NCBI GenBank assembly: GCA_963701295.1
Contig: OY969585.1
Location: 1,760,001 to 1,824,000, forward strand
Length of the DNA stretch: 64,000 nt
Direction: 5' to 3'
From: Ignavibacteriota bacterium
Lineage (GTDB): Bacteria; Bacteroidota; Ignavibacteria; UBA10030
In this document: in pieces, positions 11,301 through 20,496 of the stretch
Numbering within the stretch: position 1 is the stretch's first letter
How the letters are laid out: each line of letters opens with the position of its first letter
The notes under the pieces: generated by a model
Databases searched by the model: none
Seen by the model: only the letters and a program-made list of their open reading frames with translations
What the model was told of the DNA's origin: nothing
Position numbers and translations under genes: made by a program

Positions 11301-12176
11301 GATGCTGATGTGTTCGACGGAGTGGAAATTATTTTCAACAATCCTTGGGATGTTGTCAAGGTTGATTCATTAACGAAATGGATCAGCAGTAAATTAGGGT
11401 ATCGATTAAATATGTTACCAATAGATTTGTATGACAATCAAGGGCAGCCCTTAGCGAAAGGATATAAAAAACCTTGTGATTATGAGTTTCAATTTGATTC
11501 GACTGCATTCATAGATACTTCATATGCGGACCCGATTCTTGGAACGGATCCGGTTCCTACGAATTTCCGGATTTATAATAAAACGGAGAAAACATTCGTC
11601 AAATTTAGTTATACGACATTAAACTTTGATACCCGTGGAAGGCTCTCCCCCAAAGATGATATCTTCCTTTATGAAAAAAATCCACGTGGCGGAATGAGTT
11701 ATTCATGGGAATTATTTTTTGACTCCAATGATGGTAAGGTCATTCCATATCATAAAAATGATACACTTCTGATCATCACATCAAAACCGTTTGAACAAGG
11801 TGATACTCTGACGTTTATGACAACGAAACCAACGTTAGATAATACCCTGACACAAACTGCATTATCAAGAATTCGTGTCGTTCCCAACCCATACGTTGTA
11901 GCATCGACGCTTGAATCGCCATTACCCCCCAGCGTCACTAGTGGTCGCCTCCGTCGGATTGACTTTATTCATTTACCTGCATCAGCAAAAATTCATATCT
12001 ATACTTCGCGTGGTGATCATGTCATTACATTAGTACATGATGGAAACATAGAAGATGGACATGTCTCGTGGAATTTAAAATCAAAAGAGAATCTCGACGT
12101 AGCATTCGGGGTATATTTCTATGTAGTGGAATCTTCAGTTGGCACTAAAACCGGTAAAATTGCGATTATTAAGTAA
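8328..12176 (+). CDS. Large secreted protein (1282 aa): DG(I/V)DN acidic repeats, FN3 domain, atypical C-terminal sorting domain
   Basis: Signal peptide; YDGIDNDGD / YDGVDNNYNGLIDE / DGVDNNSNGLID repeats; LTAVPGDKQVTLYW..EGYKIYRS FN3; ends IRVVPNPY...TGKIAIIK. Confidence 0.75.
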   Translation: MKTITYSILFYSIIFLSVASVFAQTQEPSGRVYRRFAIMNGNQVMTVFGNYGVIGQPAEQGYRGAWKYPNNGYLGDVSPLIGAEVRYDSVFRNGQWVHNFHSVATCPVDRPTLLTDTDPRTGKYWTFEPEAGYFNPSKEKVAMSDDKTSWPPTWPDKTGDPTDPGWPGSWNGYFGKNKKNADLETYFVMDDNNDERFNNAANNQYGIAFKPDSTNPSRNGLGLVMNVRAMQWAQFLAKDNIFWLYEVTNTGTTNYDRAVFGMLVGTYVGVTSTEDYGEYDDDWSFFDVNNNLTYTGDIKAINGRCMKNPLWQPTPCSGAGLVGYAFLESPGNPYDGIDNDGDADSSLTGRLAPRFTAASFDSTLLTAGMQIVLIRDDYSRYLYTIPSADSVQITTRGLTRWIYPGKTWVSEGNVLPNGSINPNAYDGVDNNYNGLIDENYYLHYRQVKREPDGTILFDLLRPVAYIDYFKGIGNDPYSMIDERRDDRIDNNKNWNILHDDVGRDGIPNTGDYGEGDGRPTSGYDDNGNDTGLPGEPHVDKTDVNESDQIGLSSFFYFTPAGNFKMGDKDTMWIYLAPGFFDVPNVIQNNRPVEGADGDFIYGSGYFPLRAKKTERFSLALVYGGGKQQGYDVDVADLLKNKKTVQKIYDANYQFPQPPDLPTLTAVPGDKQVTLYWDRVAEQTIDPLLQTKTFEGYKIYRSTDPTFNDILTVTDGSGSAVAYRPLKQYDLIDGITGYFHTSGELYNDISGFAYYLGSDNGIVHSYVDSSVQNGRTYYYALVAYNHGDEYLEILPAENKISISISPTGAVTLGQNCAMVVPNAKTLNYLRPANGVLLDHLSGVGTGDAYYKVDDDTKTTGHRYRVEFLDTQVDGVDNNSNGLIDLADSTEWDRLTVNYSVRDLTERTDTLVSMDTTLVTLQRKNFVPGTITVYNAQGFVVPDSLYKLNSKSGQIRGMRSGTFPPGLYTIKYQYFPVYQSQYIRGTPFVSDSKDADVFDGVEIIFNNPWDVVKVDSLTKWISSKLGYRLNMLPIDLYDNQGQPLAKGYKKPCDYEFQFDSTAFIDTSYADPILGTDPVPTNFRIYNKTEKTFVKFSYTTLNFDTRGRLSPKDDIFLYEKNPRGGMSYSWELFFDSNDGKVIPYHKNDTLLIITSKPFEQGDTLTFMTTKPTLDNTLTQTALSRIRVVPNPYVVASTLESPLPPSVTSGRLRRIDFIHLPASAKIHIYTSRGDHVITLVHDGNIEDGHVSWNLKSKENLDVAFGVYFYVVESSVGTKTGKIAIIK

Positions 12177-12188
12177 GCGGAGACGGTT

Positions 12189-13223
12189 ATGATGATCAAA
12201 AAAAACAAAGAACTCGGAACTCTTGCAGCGATCGCATGTGTTTTTTTATTGGGATATTCAGAATCTAATGCACAATCTAAAATTGGCACGACAGCAGCTC
12301 AATTCTTAGGTATTCCGGTTGGAGCACAGGCTTTGGGTATGGGTGGAACATCAGTTGCCGCAATGTCTGATGTCGGAACAATTTACTTTAATCCTGGTGC
12401 ATTTGCACAAGCTCAGAAGACAGAAGTGCTGGTCTCATCAACGGATTGGCTTGTCGGCTCGAAACTACGATGGTTAGGAGCGATGGTGAATTTCGATGGA
12501 ACGAATGCTTTTGGTTTAAGCATAACTCAACTTGATTACGGTGAAGAAGAAGTCACAACTGAAGACAACCCTGATGGAACAGGCGAACGATGGTCTGCAC
12601 AGGATTTCGCGGTGGCACTTTCCTACTCCCGCAATTTAACTGATCGCTTTTCTATCGGAGGCTCTGCAAAATATATCAGCCAATCAATCTGGAACGAATC
12701 AGCGAGTACGTTTGCCTTTGATATCGGATTATTGTTTGTCACCGGATTTCATGATATGCGCCTCGGAATGTCCATAGCGAATTTTGGCGGTAATATGACG
12801 ATGGACGGACGCGATCTTAAGAAGGTTATCGATATCGATCCCAGTGATGCAGGTTCTAACAAACTCAATGTAGCCAAATTAAATACCGATCCATGGCCCA
12901 TCCCATTGTTGTTCCGCGTCGGGCTTGCGATGGATGTTCTCAAGAGTGAATTATGTACGCTTACGATTGAAAGTGATGCACTTCGTCCTAGCGATAATGT
13001 TGAAGTGGTGAATCTTGGAGCTGAAGTAACACTTTTAAATATTATTTGTCTGCGTGGCGGGTACAAATCTCTGTTCCAAACAGATTCGGAAGAAGGATTG
13101 ACTCTTGGAATCGGCGTGAAATATGCTGAACCAAGTTCTATGGGGTTGGAAGTAAATTATGCCTATCAGCAGTTTGGCCGATTTGGCAATATCAATACAT
13201 TCTCGGTTGCAGTGTGCTTCTAG
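12189..13223 (+). CDS. PorV/PorQ-like (UPF0164) outer-membrane beta-barrel
   Basis: KIGTTAAQFLGIPVGAQALGMG and YFNPG motifs, C-terminal Phe; paralog of 329-1348. Confidence 0.8.
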   Translation: MMIKKNKELGTLAAIACVFLLGYSESNAQSKIGTTAAQFLGIPVGAQALGMGGTSVAAMSDVGTIYFNPGAFAQAQKTEVLVSSTDWLVGSKLRWLGAMVNFDGTNAFGLSITQLDYGEEEVTTEDNPDGTGERWSAQDFAVALSYSRNLTDRFSIGGSAKYISQSIWNESASTFAFDIGLLFVTGFHDMRLGMSIANFGGNMTMDGRDLKKVIDIDPSDAGSNKLNVAKLNTDPWPIPLLFRVGLAMDVLKSELCTLTIESDALRPSDNVEVVNLGAEVTLLNIICLRGGYKSLFQTDSEEGLTLGIGVKYAEPSSMGLEVNYAYQQFGRFGNINTFSVAVCF

Positions 13224-13377
13224 CCCATGAGTTATGATGTGTAATAAATTCAATCACCGAAACAATCATCAATAAGGAAAGGGATCATACTATTGAAAGC
13301 GTACATGGAAAGAGGTCAAAACAATTGTTTGAAACAAAACTATTAATATCTTTTCAAAAAAGATAGAAGGAGGAATT

Positions 13378-15489
13378 ATGAAATACAAAATTATCGTTTT
13401 TCTTCTTATGAGCATGATGTTTGTGTTTTATTCATCAGTTGCTCAAACAATAGATACTGTCACCGTGACATTCCTGATCAATACTTCCACAATACCCGAT
13501 ACGATGAAAGCAACGTCAACCGTACAAGTTCGCGGCGACACTCCGCCGCTCTCGTGGGACAGTTCAATCCCGCTGTTCAAGAACGATTCAACCAAAGTAT
13601 TCGCGAAAAACATCGGAGGCGACTATTGGACGGCGACGGTGAAGTTCCCGCTCAAACGTGATTCAAGTAAAACGATTCTATACAAATTCTTCACAAACGT
13701 AAAGGATTCAATCGTGGAGAGTGATGTCGGTTGGGAAAACAACTTAACAGGTGTGGGTCAAAATGGAAATCGGATGCTAAAAATCGGTCCGTATACCGGG
13801 AATACAGACACCGCTATTGCTCTTCAGTATGCAAATGGCAGAACGATCCAAGCACAATTTTGGAAACCGTACGTTCCTTCGGCTGACAGTGTGGCTGTAA
13901 TGTTTCGTGTGAATATGCAAGCAAATGAAGGCTTCAACAAATCGACCATGAAGCTGGGTGTCCGCGGTGATATGGCACCATTATCTATGAGCACTACAAT
14001 TTTTCTCAAAAAGGAATCGTCGCATGGTAACGGTGGCCAGGATCCGTATGACGGAACAAATTTCTGGTCTGCAGTAGTGAAATTCCCCAAAACCGCTGTA
14101 GCAGATACTGTCCATTACAAATTTGTTATCCATGCCCTCGCAGATGATTCGGCTGCATCTCCGGCCTATGAAAACAATATAACTGCCGCTCCGGATGTAG
14201 GAGCAAATGGTTATCGATTCTTTAATTTCCGTCCCGATATGCCGGACACCACACTCTACTGGAAATTCTGGCAAAATATGCCGCCGGGGATCATTGCCTT
14301 TTCGGATAACGTTATCATTACTTTCCGTGCAGATCTTGCCAGAGCAATTTCAGAAAATGGATTTGCTTATGGTGATACACTTGTAGTACGTTCCGGCTAT
14401 ATCAACAGTGCTTCTTCAATCCGAGAAAAGAAAATGTTAAGGGTCGGTGCGTCTTCGAAGTACCAGGTCGTTGATACCGTGACCACGAAGCTTAGGACAC
14501 CACTCTTTTATCAATATTATGAAACGCCATTAAGTGGTGAAATAAGAGAGATTTATTATAACTTTGCAGATCCCGGAACCGGTGCAGAATCAGAGAAACG
14601 CAGGGACACAATGTCTGCGTATACATTAACAATTCAGGACACGATTATTTCGACGTCAGAAGAACACCGAATGCCAAGGTTCCAAAATATGAATCCATTG
14701 TCTCAAAATGTTCTTGTCACATATACATGCGATGTACGTCCTGCGATCTATGAACTGAAAGCCGGAAAACAACTGATTTCGACAAATATCACAAACTATC
14801 TTATTACTGATCCAGACAGCGTATTGATCGATGGAGTTTGGATGGATGGTCCGGCGGTTGGCGGATGGGATATAGGTGGTGCTTGGGGAGCAGATCGTCG
14901 GTTGGTTGATACTGCTAAGATGTGGGATGATGGCACTCATGGTGATCTTGTAGCTCATGATTCCATTTTCACACTTCAGTATTTTTATACAACCTCTACA
15001 ACACTTGGACCTACGACAATTGGACAGGAATTCAAATTCGGTATTTATGGATGCGATAATGAAGGCGGCTATGGGAATAACCACATTGAGAATATCAATG
15101 ATGCGAATCCGACTTATACACTAGCCTCGCAGTTTGGTAGCATCGATCCGGTCTTCTACAGTGCCTGGGATTATACCAATGAACGTCCAGCAGGCGCAAC
15201 CAGTGTTAAAGGAGCAGGAATCCCGTTGGCATATAGTCTTGCGCAAAACTATCCGAACCCCTTCAATCCATCGACTATGATCAATTACGAAATCAAACAA
15301 TCAGGGTCAGTTACACTGAAGGTGTTTAATGTGCTGGGACAAGTAGTTGCCACATTGACTGACGGGAAACAAGAAGCTGGCAAACATTCTATTAAGTTTG
15401 ATGCTTCTCGGTTTTCCTCTGGCATATATTTTTATCAGATCACTGCTGGCAATTTTATTGCTACAAAGAAGATGATGCTCTTAAAGTAA
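13378..15489 (+). CDS. T9SS type-A-sorted protein with repeated CBM20/starch-binding-like modules, no catalytic domain recognised
   Basis: Four related VTF/VMF...V.G modules, MWDDGTHGD motif, LAQNYPNPFNPST...KKMMLLK sorting domain. Confidence 0.7.
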   Translation: MKYKIIVFLLMSMMFVFYSSVAQTIDTVTVTFLINTSTIPDTMKATSTVQVRGDTPPLSWDSSIPLFKNDSTKVFAKNIGGDYWTATVKFPLKRDSSKTILYKFFTNVKDSIVESDVGWENNLTGVGQNGNRMLKIGPYTGNTDTAIALQYANGRTIQAQFWKPYVPSADSVAVMFRVNMQANEGFNKSTMKLGVRGDMAPLSMSTTIFLKKESSHGNGGQDPYDGTNFWSAVVKFPKTAVADTVHYKFVIHALADDSAASPAYENNITAAPDVGANGYRFFNFRPDMPDTTLYWKFWQNMPPGIIAFSDNVIITFRADLARAISENGFAYGDTLVVRSGYINSASSIREKKMLRVGASSKYQVVDTVTTKLRTPLFYQYYETPLSGEIREIYYNFADPGTGAESEKRRDTMSAYTLTIQDTIISTSEEHRMPRFQNMNPLSQNVLVTYTCDVRPAIYELKAGKQLISTNITNYLITDPDSVLIDGVWMDGPAVGGWDIGGAWGADRRLVDTAKMWDDGTHGDLVAHDSIFTLQYFYTTSTTLGPTTIGQEFKFGIYGCDNEGGYGNNHIENINDANPTYTLASQFGSIDPVFYSAWDYTNERPAGATSVKGAGIPLAYSLAQNYPNPFNPSTMINYEIKQSGSVTLKVFNVLGQVVATLTDGKQEAGKHSIKFDASRFSSGIYFYQITAGNFIATKKMMLLK

Positions 15490-15502
15490 GCAATGATCCA
15501 TA

Positions 15503-15536
15503 GATAAGGCGGGAAGAGATTCCCGCCTTATCATTT
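15503..15536 (+). terminator. Intrinsic terminator-like hairpin
   Basis: GATAAGGCGGGA-agagat-TCCCGCCTTATC followed by attt. Confidence 0.65.
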
Positions 15537-17391
15537 GATGATTCCTTCCTGTGTTGCATCGCATCGAATGAATAAATATTCCCTGAATATTGTATTGCTC
15601 TGTGTTTGTATATCTGCCAGCAGAACTCAACCTATTGAAAATCAAGGACCGTATATTGCCAGAGCAGGGAATATATATATATCTGAACAAGAATTTTTAG
15701 AACGGTATGAACTTCTTCCAGGCCAATATCGGAATCGCCAAAATAATGTTGAAGAATCAAAACTTGTTTTCCTGTATTCTTTGATAGCTGAAAAGCTATT
15801 GGTGCAGGAGGCAGTAGCTCGTCACATTGATCAAGATAGTTTGTATCAAGTAGCCATAGAAGGTATAAAGAAAAAGTTGGTGCGTGACCAGCTCTATCGA
15901 GAAGAAATAAGCGGGAAAGTCAAAGTGACGAAGGCAGAGATACAAAAAGCTGCGATTGATGCACGCCGCCAGCTCTCCATTTCGTTTCTTTATTTTGAAG
16001 ATAGTACGGATGCAGCGTTTGTCAGGAAGCAACTCAAAAATTGTAAACAATTCAGCCATTTTCAAATTGATACCGCTATGGCAATTATCTGCGATACGGT
16101 TACATTACAGTGGGGCGAAGCAGAAGCACCTATTGAACAGGCAGGATTTCTATTAAAGAAGGGGGAATGTTCACCGGTTATAGAAGCTTCAACAGGATAT
16201 TATATACTTCATTTAGAAAAAGAATCTCCCAATCCATTTTATATTGCCATGCAGCCAGGTGTTCTTAATGAGCGAGTTGAGACGAAACTCCGGCTCAGGA
16301 AAGAAAAAGCACGGTTTGATGAATACGTACAAAATGTTCTTCATACGAAAACCGGTTTTTCTCTTCCTCGTCCATTTAAAATCGTTGCACAGACATTGAA
16401 CACTATTTGGAAAGATGTACCCCCGGCAACAGAACAGATGATAACAGATTCTCTTCTGGAGATCGTGCAAGAGCGGTGTCATTCGATTCTACAGGATTCA
16501 ATGGAAGTGGTCGGTTCTTCATGGTGGAGTGTGCAAGATGTATTATTTAAATTGCGTGGTAAGATTTTTAAAATTGATCCAAGTCGCACAACGGGAATCG
16601 CAGCACAATTGAACAGCCATCTGCGTATTCTGGTGCAGCAAGAATTACTCTCAGAAGAGGCGCTTTCCAGGAAACTGGATGAACACTGGTCCACGAAAAA
16701 GGAATTGGATGTTTGGTGTCAACAGATACTTGCCAAGTACGAAGAAACTGATATTCAAAGAAAGGTTCAACTATCCGATCAAGAACTATTTCAATATGTC
16801 TCGGAAACATCTCCTGATGTGCACTTTCCTCGCGTCCAAATTCGAGAATTACATACGACGGATGCAACAGCCATGGAACATGCTCTTGCTGAGGTACATT
16901 CGGGAGTTCCATTAGACGAGGTTATTCGGAAACGCTCAAGCGACGCTCACTCTGCACAGAATGGCGGACTTTCAGAGGGATTCACAATTAATACACGGCA
17001 ACCGCTCGGCATACTTTCGTGGAGAATGAATGTGGGTGCGCAACAGGGTCCTATTCATTTGAAAGATGACTATATTTACTTTGAGCTTATCAAAAAAGAA
17101 TTACCTGCCGGAGTAAGTGATTCGTCCTTTACTGCGGCAATGCAAAAAGCTGCTTCAGCAGCGCATTCTCTCAAGCAGAAAAAAATATTAGATGCTTTTA
17201 TCGCGAAGAGTGCTCAACAACGTGGGTACGATATCTATGAAGATCGATTGAAGCTTCTCAAAGTAACGAGTGCACCGATGATGACCTATCGTATTCTCGG
17301 ATTTGGAGGAAGAATGTTTGCGGCTCCTTTCGTGACCCGGCTGGTTGATTGGATAGGTGTTGAGAATCCGGACAATATCGTAGTACCATGA
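15535..17391 (+). CDS. SurA/PpiC-like peptidyl-prolyl isomerase or chaperone (start uncertain)
   Basis: IAEKLLVQEA, GECSPVIEASTGYYIL and SSDAHSAQNGGL are rotamase-like motifs. Confidence 0.65.
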   Translation: MMIPSCVASHRMNKYSLNIVLLCVCISASRTQPIENQGPYIARAGNIYISEQEFLERYELLPGQYRNRQNNVEESKLVFLYSLIAEKLLVQEAVARHIDQDSLYQVAIEGIKKKLVRDQLYREEISGKVKVTKAEIQKAAIDARRQLSISFLYFEDSTDAAFVRKQLKNCKQFSHFQIDTAMAIICDTVTLQWGEAEAPIEQAGFLLKKGECSPVIEASTGYYILHLEKESPNPFYIAMQPGVLNERVETKLRLRKEKARFDEYVQNVLHTKTGFSLPRPFKIVAQTLNTIWKDVPPATEQMITDSLLEIVQERCHSILQDSMEVVGSSWWSVQDVLFKLRGKIFKIDPSRTTGIAAQLNSHLRILVQQELLSEEALSRKLDEHWSTKKELDVWCQQILAKYEETDIQRKVQLSDQELFQYVSETSPDVHFPRVQIRELHTTDATAMEHALAEVHSGVPLDEVIRKRSSDAHSAQNGGLSEGFTINTRQPLGILSWRMNVGAQQGPIHLKDDYIYFELIKKELPAGVSDSSFTAAMQKAASAAHSLKQKKILDAFIAKSAQQRGYDIYEDRLKLLKVTSAPMMTYRILGFGGRMFAAPFVTRLVDWIGVENPDNIVVP

Positions 17392-17437
17392 TAGAAAATT
17401 GAAATTGTAGAATCTTAATATCAATTACGAGGTCATA

Positions 17438-20400
17438 TTGAAGTCAATTTCTTTTTTCTTGATTGCATTTTATATTTGTGTAGTACAAACGTTCGCACAA
17501 GACAGTGTTGATGTAACATTTCGATATAAACCTACGGTTTCCGCGACACGAGTTTATGTTCCAGGTGAATTCAATTCTTGGGCAAATAATAGCTCTGGGA
17601 CAATATCTTCAAGTAATACAAATGCTGTTATGACCTTTGACAACGCATCACGATCGTGGTACCGAACGGTTAGATTACTTGTCGGGTGGATCGGAGGTGC
17701 AATTAATGGCGCGTATCAGTATAAATTTAATGTCAACGGAACAAGCGATGGTTGGACAAATGATCCACTTAATCCACGAACAAATCCAGACGATAACAAC
17801 AATTCCTTTCTTTATGTGAAGGATCCAACGATCTATCAATTCATTCCGAATCAAGTTTCTGGACTTGTAAGAACAGGTACGCCGGTGATTACAGCTTATA
17901 TTTTTCCCAAAGTTGGCGCATCTGTAGATACATCTACCATCAGTATAACGATAGATGGAACACAATATAAAAACATTGGCGCTCATTACGATACATCGTC
18001 AAAACAGTTGACTTTTCCAATACCATCATCCCTCCAAAACGGGAAGCATATAGTATTTCTTTCAGTCGGCTCTTCGGCAGGCGGTACAAATGCTGATACT
18101 GTCAACTTTACGACGCAAGCCGGTTTTATTCAGATCACGACACAGGGAGGATATGTTACATACAATCCTATAAGAATGATTCGCGGTGTCGTGATGGATA
18201 CGTCTATTCACAGTGTAAAACTTATTCGCAATTCTATAGATACAACAAACGTTTCCGTTTCAAATGGATTGTACAGTATCATCGATACATTGGTCGAAGG
18301 AATGAACAGTTTCAAAGCAATTGTTGATGCGAACGGAGCATTTGTGAGTTCCGATTCAATAATGTTTACATTGTGTATAAATCACACGCCATATGCAAAA
18401 GCATTGATGAGCTCCTATACATCAAGTCAAGTAACGTTGAGTGCCGTGGGCAGTACTGATCCGGATGGGAAGACACTGACCTTTACGTGGATAGACGATG
18501 CCAAAACTCCATTACGGCTCAATGGCCAACACGGTTCAACTGTAACGATAACAAAGCCAACACAACCCGGTGAATATTATTTTTATTTAGCTGCGTCTAA
18601 CTCTTCCGGTTTGACAGATACGATACGTTCATATTTTACAATTAATGACGATGGTTCATGCACGAGTCCGACAATTGTCAGCAATCCGGAATGGGCGAAA
18701 CGTGCACGCGTCTATTTTCTTTTTCCGAAAGCCTTCACATCAACAGGAACAATTCCTGCAGCGGCGCAGCGTCTTCAATACATTCATGATATGGGATTCA
18801 ATGTTATTTGGATGATGCCCGTGATGAAGAATGCCTACCCGATAGATCAGCATTACGGACCGGGCTATAATATAGTGGATTTCTATACTGTCGCACCGGA
18901 GTATGGCACGAATAACGATTTTAAAAATTTCGTTTCACAAGCACATTCACTAGGAGTAAAAGTTATTCTCGATGTAACACCGAATCATACAAGCCGATTT
19001 CATCCATGGTCTGTAGATGCACATTTATTTCATGAAGATTCGCAGTATTGGACATGGTACGAACATAATGAAATAACAGCTAATACAAACGGACTTGGCG
19101 ATGCACTGGATGCAGATGGATTCAATTACTACAGCGGCTTCAGCGATCAGTTATTGAATTACAATTGGAAAGATATCGATGCGCGTACTGAAATGATCAA
19201 CGCGTACAAATACTGGATCAAGTATTTGGATCTGGATGGCTATCGGTTCGACGTGTATTGGGGACCGCATCGCCGTTATGGCGAAGTGTATATGGGAGAT
19301 CCGGTTCGTGAAGCTCTGAAGCATATTAAACCGGATATTCTACTTCTTGGCGAAGATGACGGTACCGGTGTAGGCACACAATATATCTATGCCGACGCGG
19401 GCGGTGGTCTTGATGCAGCGTATGATTTTAAATTGTATTTCAATGATATCGAAAGTTTTGGATTCACATCTGCGGCTGTAGATAATCTCGATGCTGATGT
19501 CAGTAATAACGGTTATTACCCTGGTCCAAATTCACTCTATATGAGATTCATGGAATCGCAGGACGAGGATCGTATTACATATTTCTATTCCAATGGCAAT
19601 TCGCTTGATGCAACGACTACCTTCAACCGTACTAAGCCGATGGCAACTACAATATTTTCTGTGCCTGGTTTTCCGATGATCTGGAACGGTCAAGAAGTGG
19701 GTTGGGGATACGGAATTTCCGGTGCGAAAGAAGATCGTAACCGCAGCACCATTGGGTGGAATTTTCAAGGAGGACCAATTCTCATTCCGCATTATCAACG
19801 ACTCGCTTGGATTCGCGGTACGTTCCCGGCGTTTGCGACTCAAATATTTGAACGCATCGAAACTGGAAATGGTACTGTGTACGGCATTTTGCGAAAGTAT
19901 CAAAACGAAAATGCAATCTCATTATGTAATTTTGGAAATGTGAGTGCATCGGTTTCGTTAACGCTGACTGCAACCGGAACGCCGAATGTGCTGCTGCCAG
20001 ACCCGCAAGATGGAAAAACATTTTACGCGAGTGATGTATATAATGACTCGATATATCAAATTACGTTCACGAGCGGGACGACAAATTTTTCTATGAATAT
20101 TCCTGCATATGGTTCTGCAGTATTGATTATATCTGATTCGGTGAAGAAAATATCTATGCCGACAATAACCTCTGTGAAAACGAATACTGCTGCTTTATTA
20201 CCGACAGCATTTGAACTATATCAAAACTATCCTAATCCATTCAATCCAAGTACCACCATCCAATTTGCTGTCCCCAAAACTGGACGATTGAGTATACGCA
20301 TTTTTAATTTGCTTGGCGAAGAAATTGCTGTGATTGCAAATGGTAACTATACAGCAGGTATGTATCAAGTAATATGGGATGGGCACATCCACGATGGTTT

Positions 20401-20482
20401 AACTGCATCCTCCGGCGTTTATTTTGTACATCTCGAAGCTGGTACTTACATGGCTACGAAGAAAATTGTTCTCATGAAATAA
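17438..20482 (+). CDS. Secreted GH13 alpha-amylase-family enzyme with N-terminal CBM48-like domain and T9SS type-A sorting domain
   Basis: VYVPGEFNSW..YQYKF; DVTPNH, GYRFD, LLGE, ESQD catalytic regions; LYQNYPNPFNPST...KKIVLMK. Confidence 0.9.
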   Translation: MKSISFFLIAFYICVVQTFAQDSVDVTFRYKPTVSATRVYVPGEFNSWANNSSGTISSSNTNAVMTFDNASRSWYRTVRLLVGWIGGAINGAYQYKFNVNGTSDGWTNDPLNPRTNPDDNNNSFLYVKDPTIYQFIPNQVSGLVRTGTPVITAYIFPKVGASVDTSTISITIDGTQYKNIGAHYDTSSKQLTFPIPSSLQNGKHIVFLSVGSSAGGTNADTVNFTTQAGFIQITTQGGYVTYNPIRMIRGVVMDTSIHSVKLIRNSIDTTNVSVSNGLYSIIDTLVEGMNSFKAIVDANGAFVSSDSIMFTLCINHTPYAKALMSSYTSSQVTLSAVGSTDPDGKTLTFTWIDDAKTPLRLNGQHGSTVTITKPTQPGEYYFYLAASNSSGLTDTIRSYFTINDDGSCTSPTIVSNPEWAKRARVYFLFPKAFTSTGTIPAAAQRLQYIHDMGFNVIWMMPVMKNAYPIDQHYGPGYNIVDFYTVAPEYGTNNDFKNFVSQAHSLGVKVILDVTPNHTSRFHPWSVDAHLFHEDSQYWTWYEHNEITANTNGLGDALDADGFNYYSGFSDQLLNYNWKDIDARTEMINAYKYWIKYLDLDGYRFDVYWGPHRRYGEVYMGDPVREALKHIKPDILLLGEDDGTGVGTQYIYADAGGGLDAAYDFKLYFNDIESFGFTSAAVDNLDADVSNNGYYPGPNSLYMRFMESQDEDRITYFYSNGNSLDATTTFNRTKPMATTIFSVPGFPMIWNGQEVGWGYGISGAKEDRNRSTIGWNFQGGPILIPHYQRLAWIRGTFPAFATQIFERIETGNGTVYGILRKYQNENAISLCNFGNVSASVSLTLTATGTPNVLLPDPQDGKTFYASDVYNDSIYQITFTSGTTNFSMNIPAYGSAVLIISDSVKKISMPTITSVKTNTAALLPTAFELYQNYPNPFNPSTTIQFAVPKTGRLSIRIFNLLGEEIAVIANGNYTAGMYQVIWDGHIHDGLTASSGVYFVHLEAGTYMATKKIVLMK

Positions 20483-20496
20483 AAGCAAACAATACG

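Noticed and set aside
13291-13310. Second LacI operator upstream of 13378 (TGAAAGCGTACAT)
   Set aside because: Only the left half resembles the palindrome; too weak to call.
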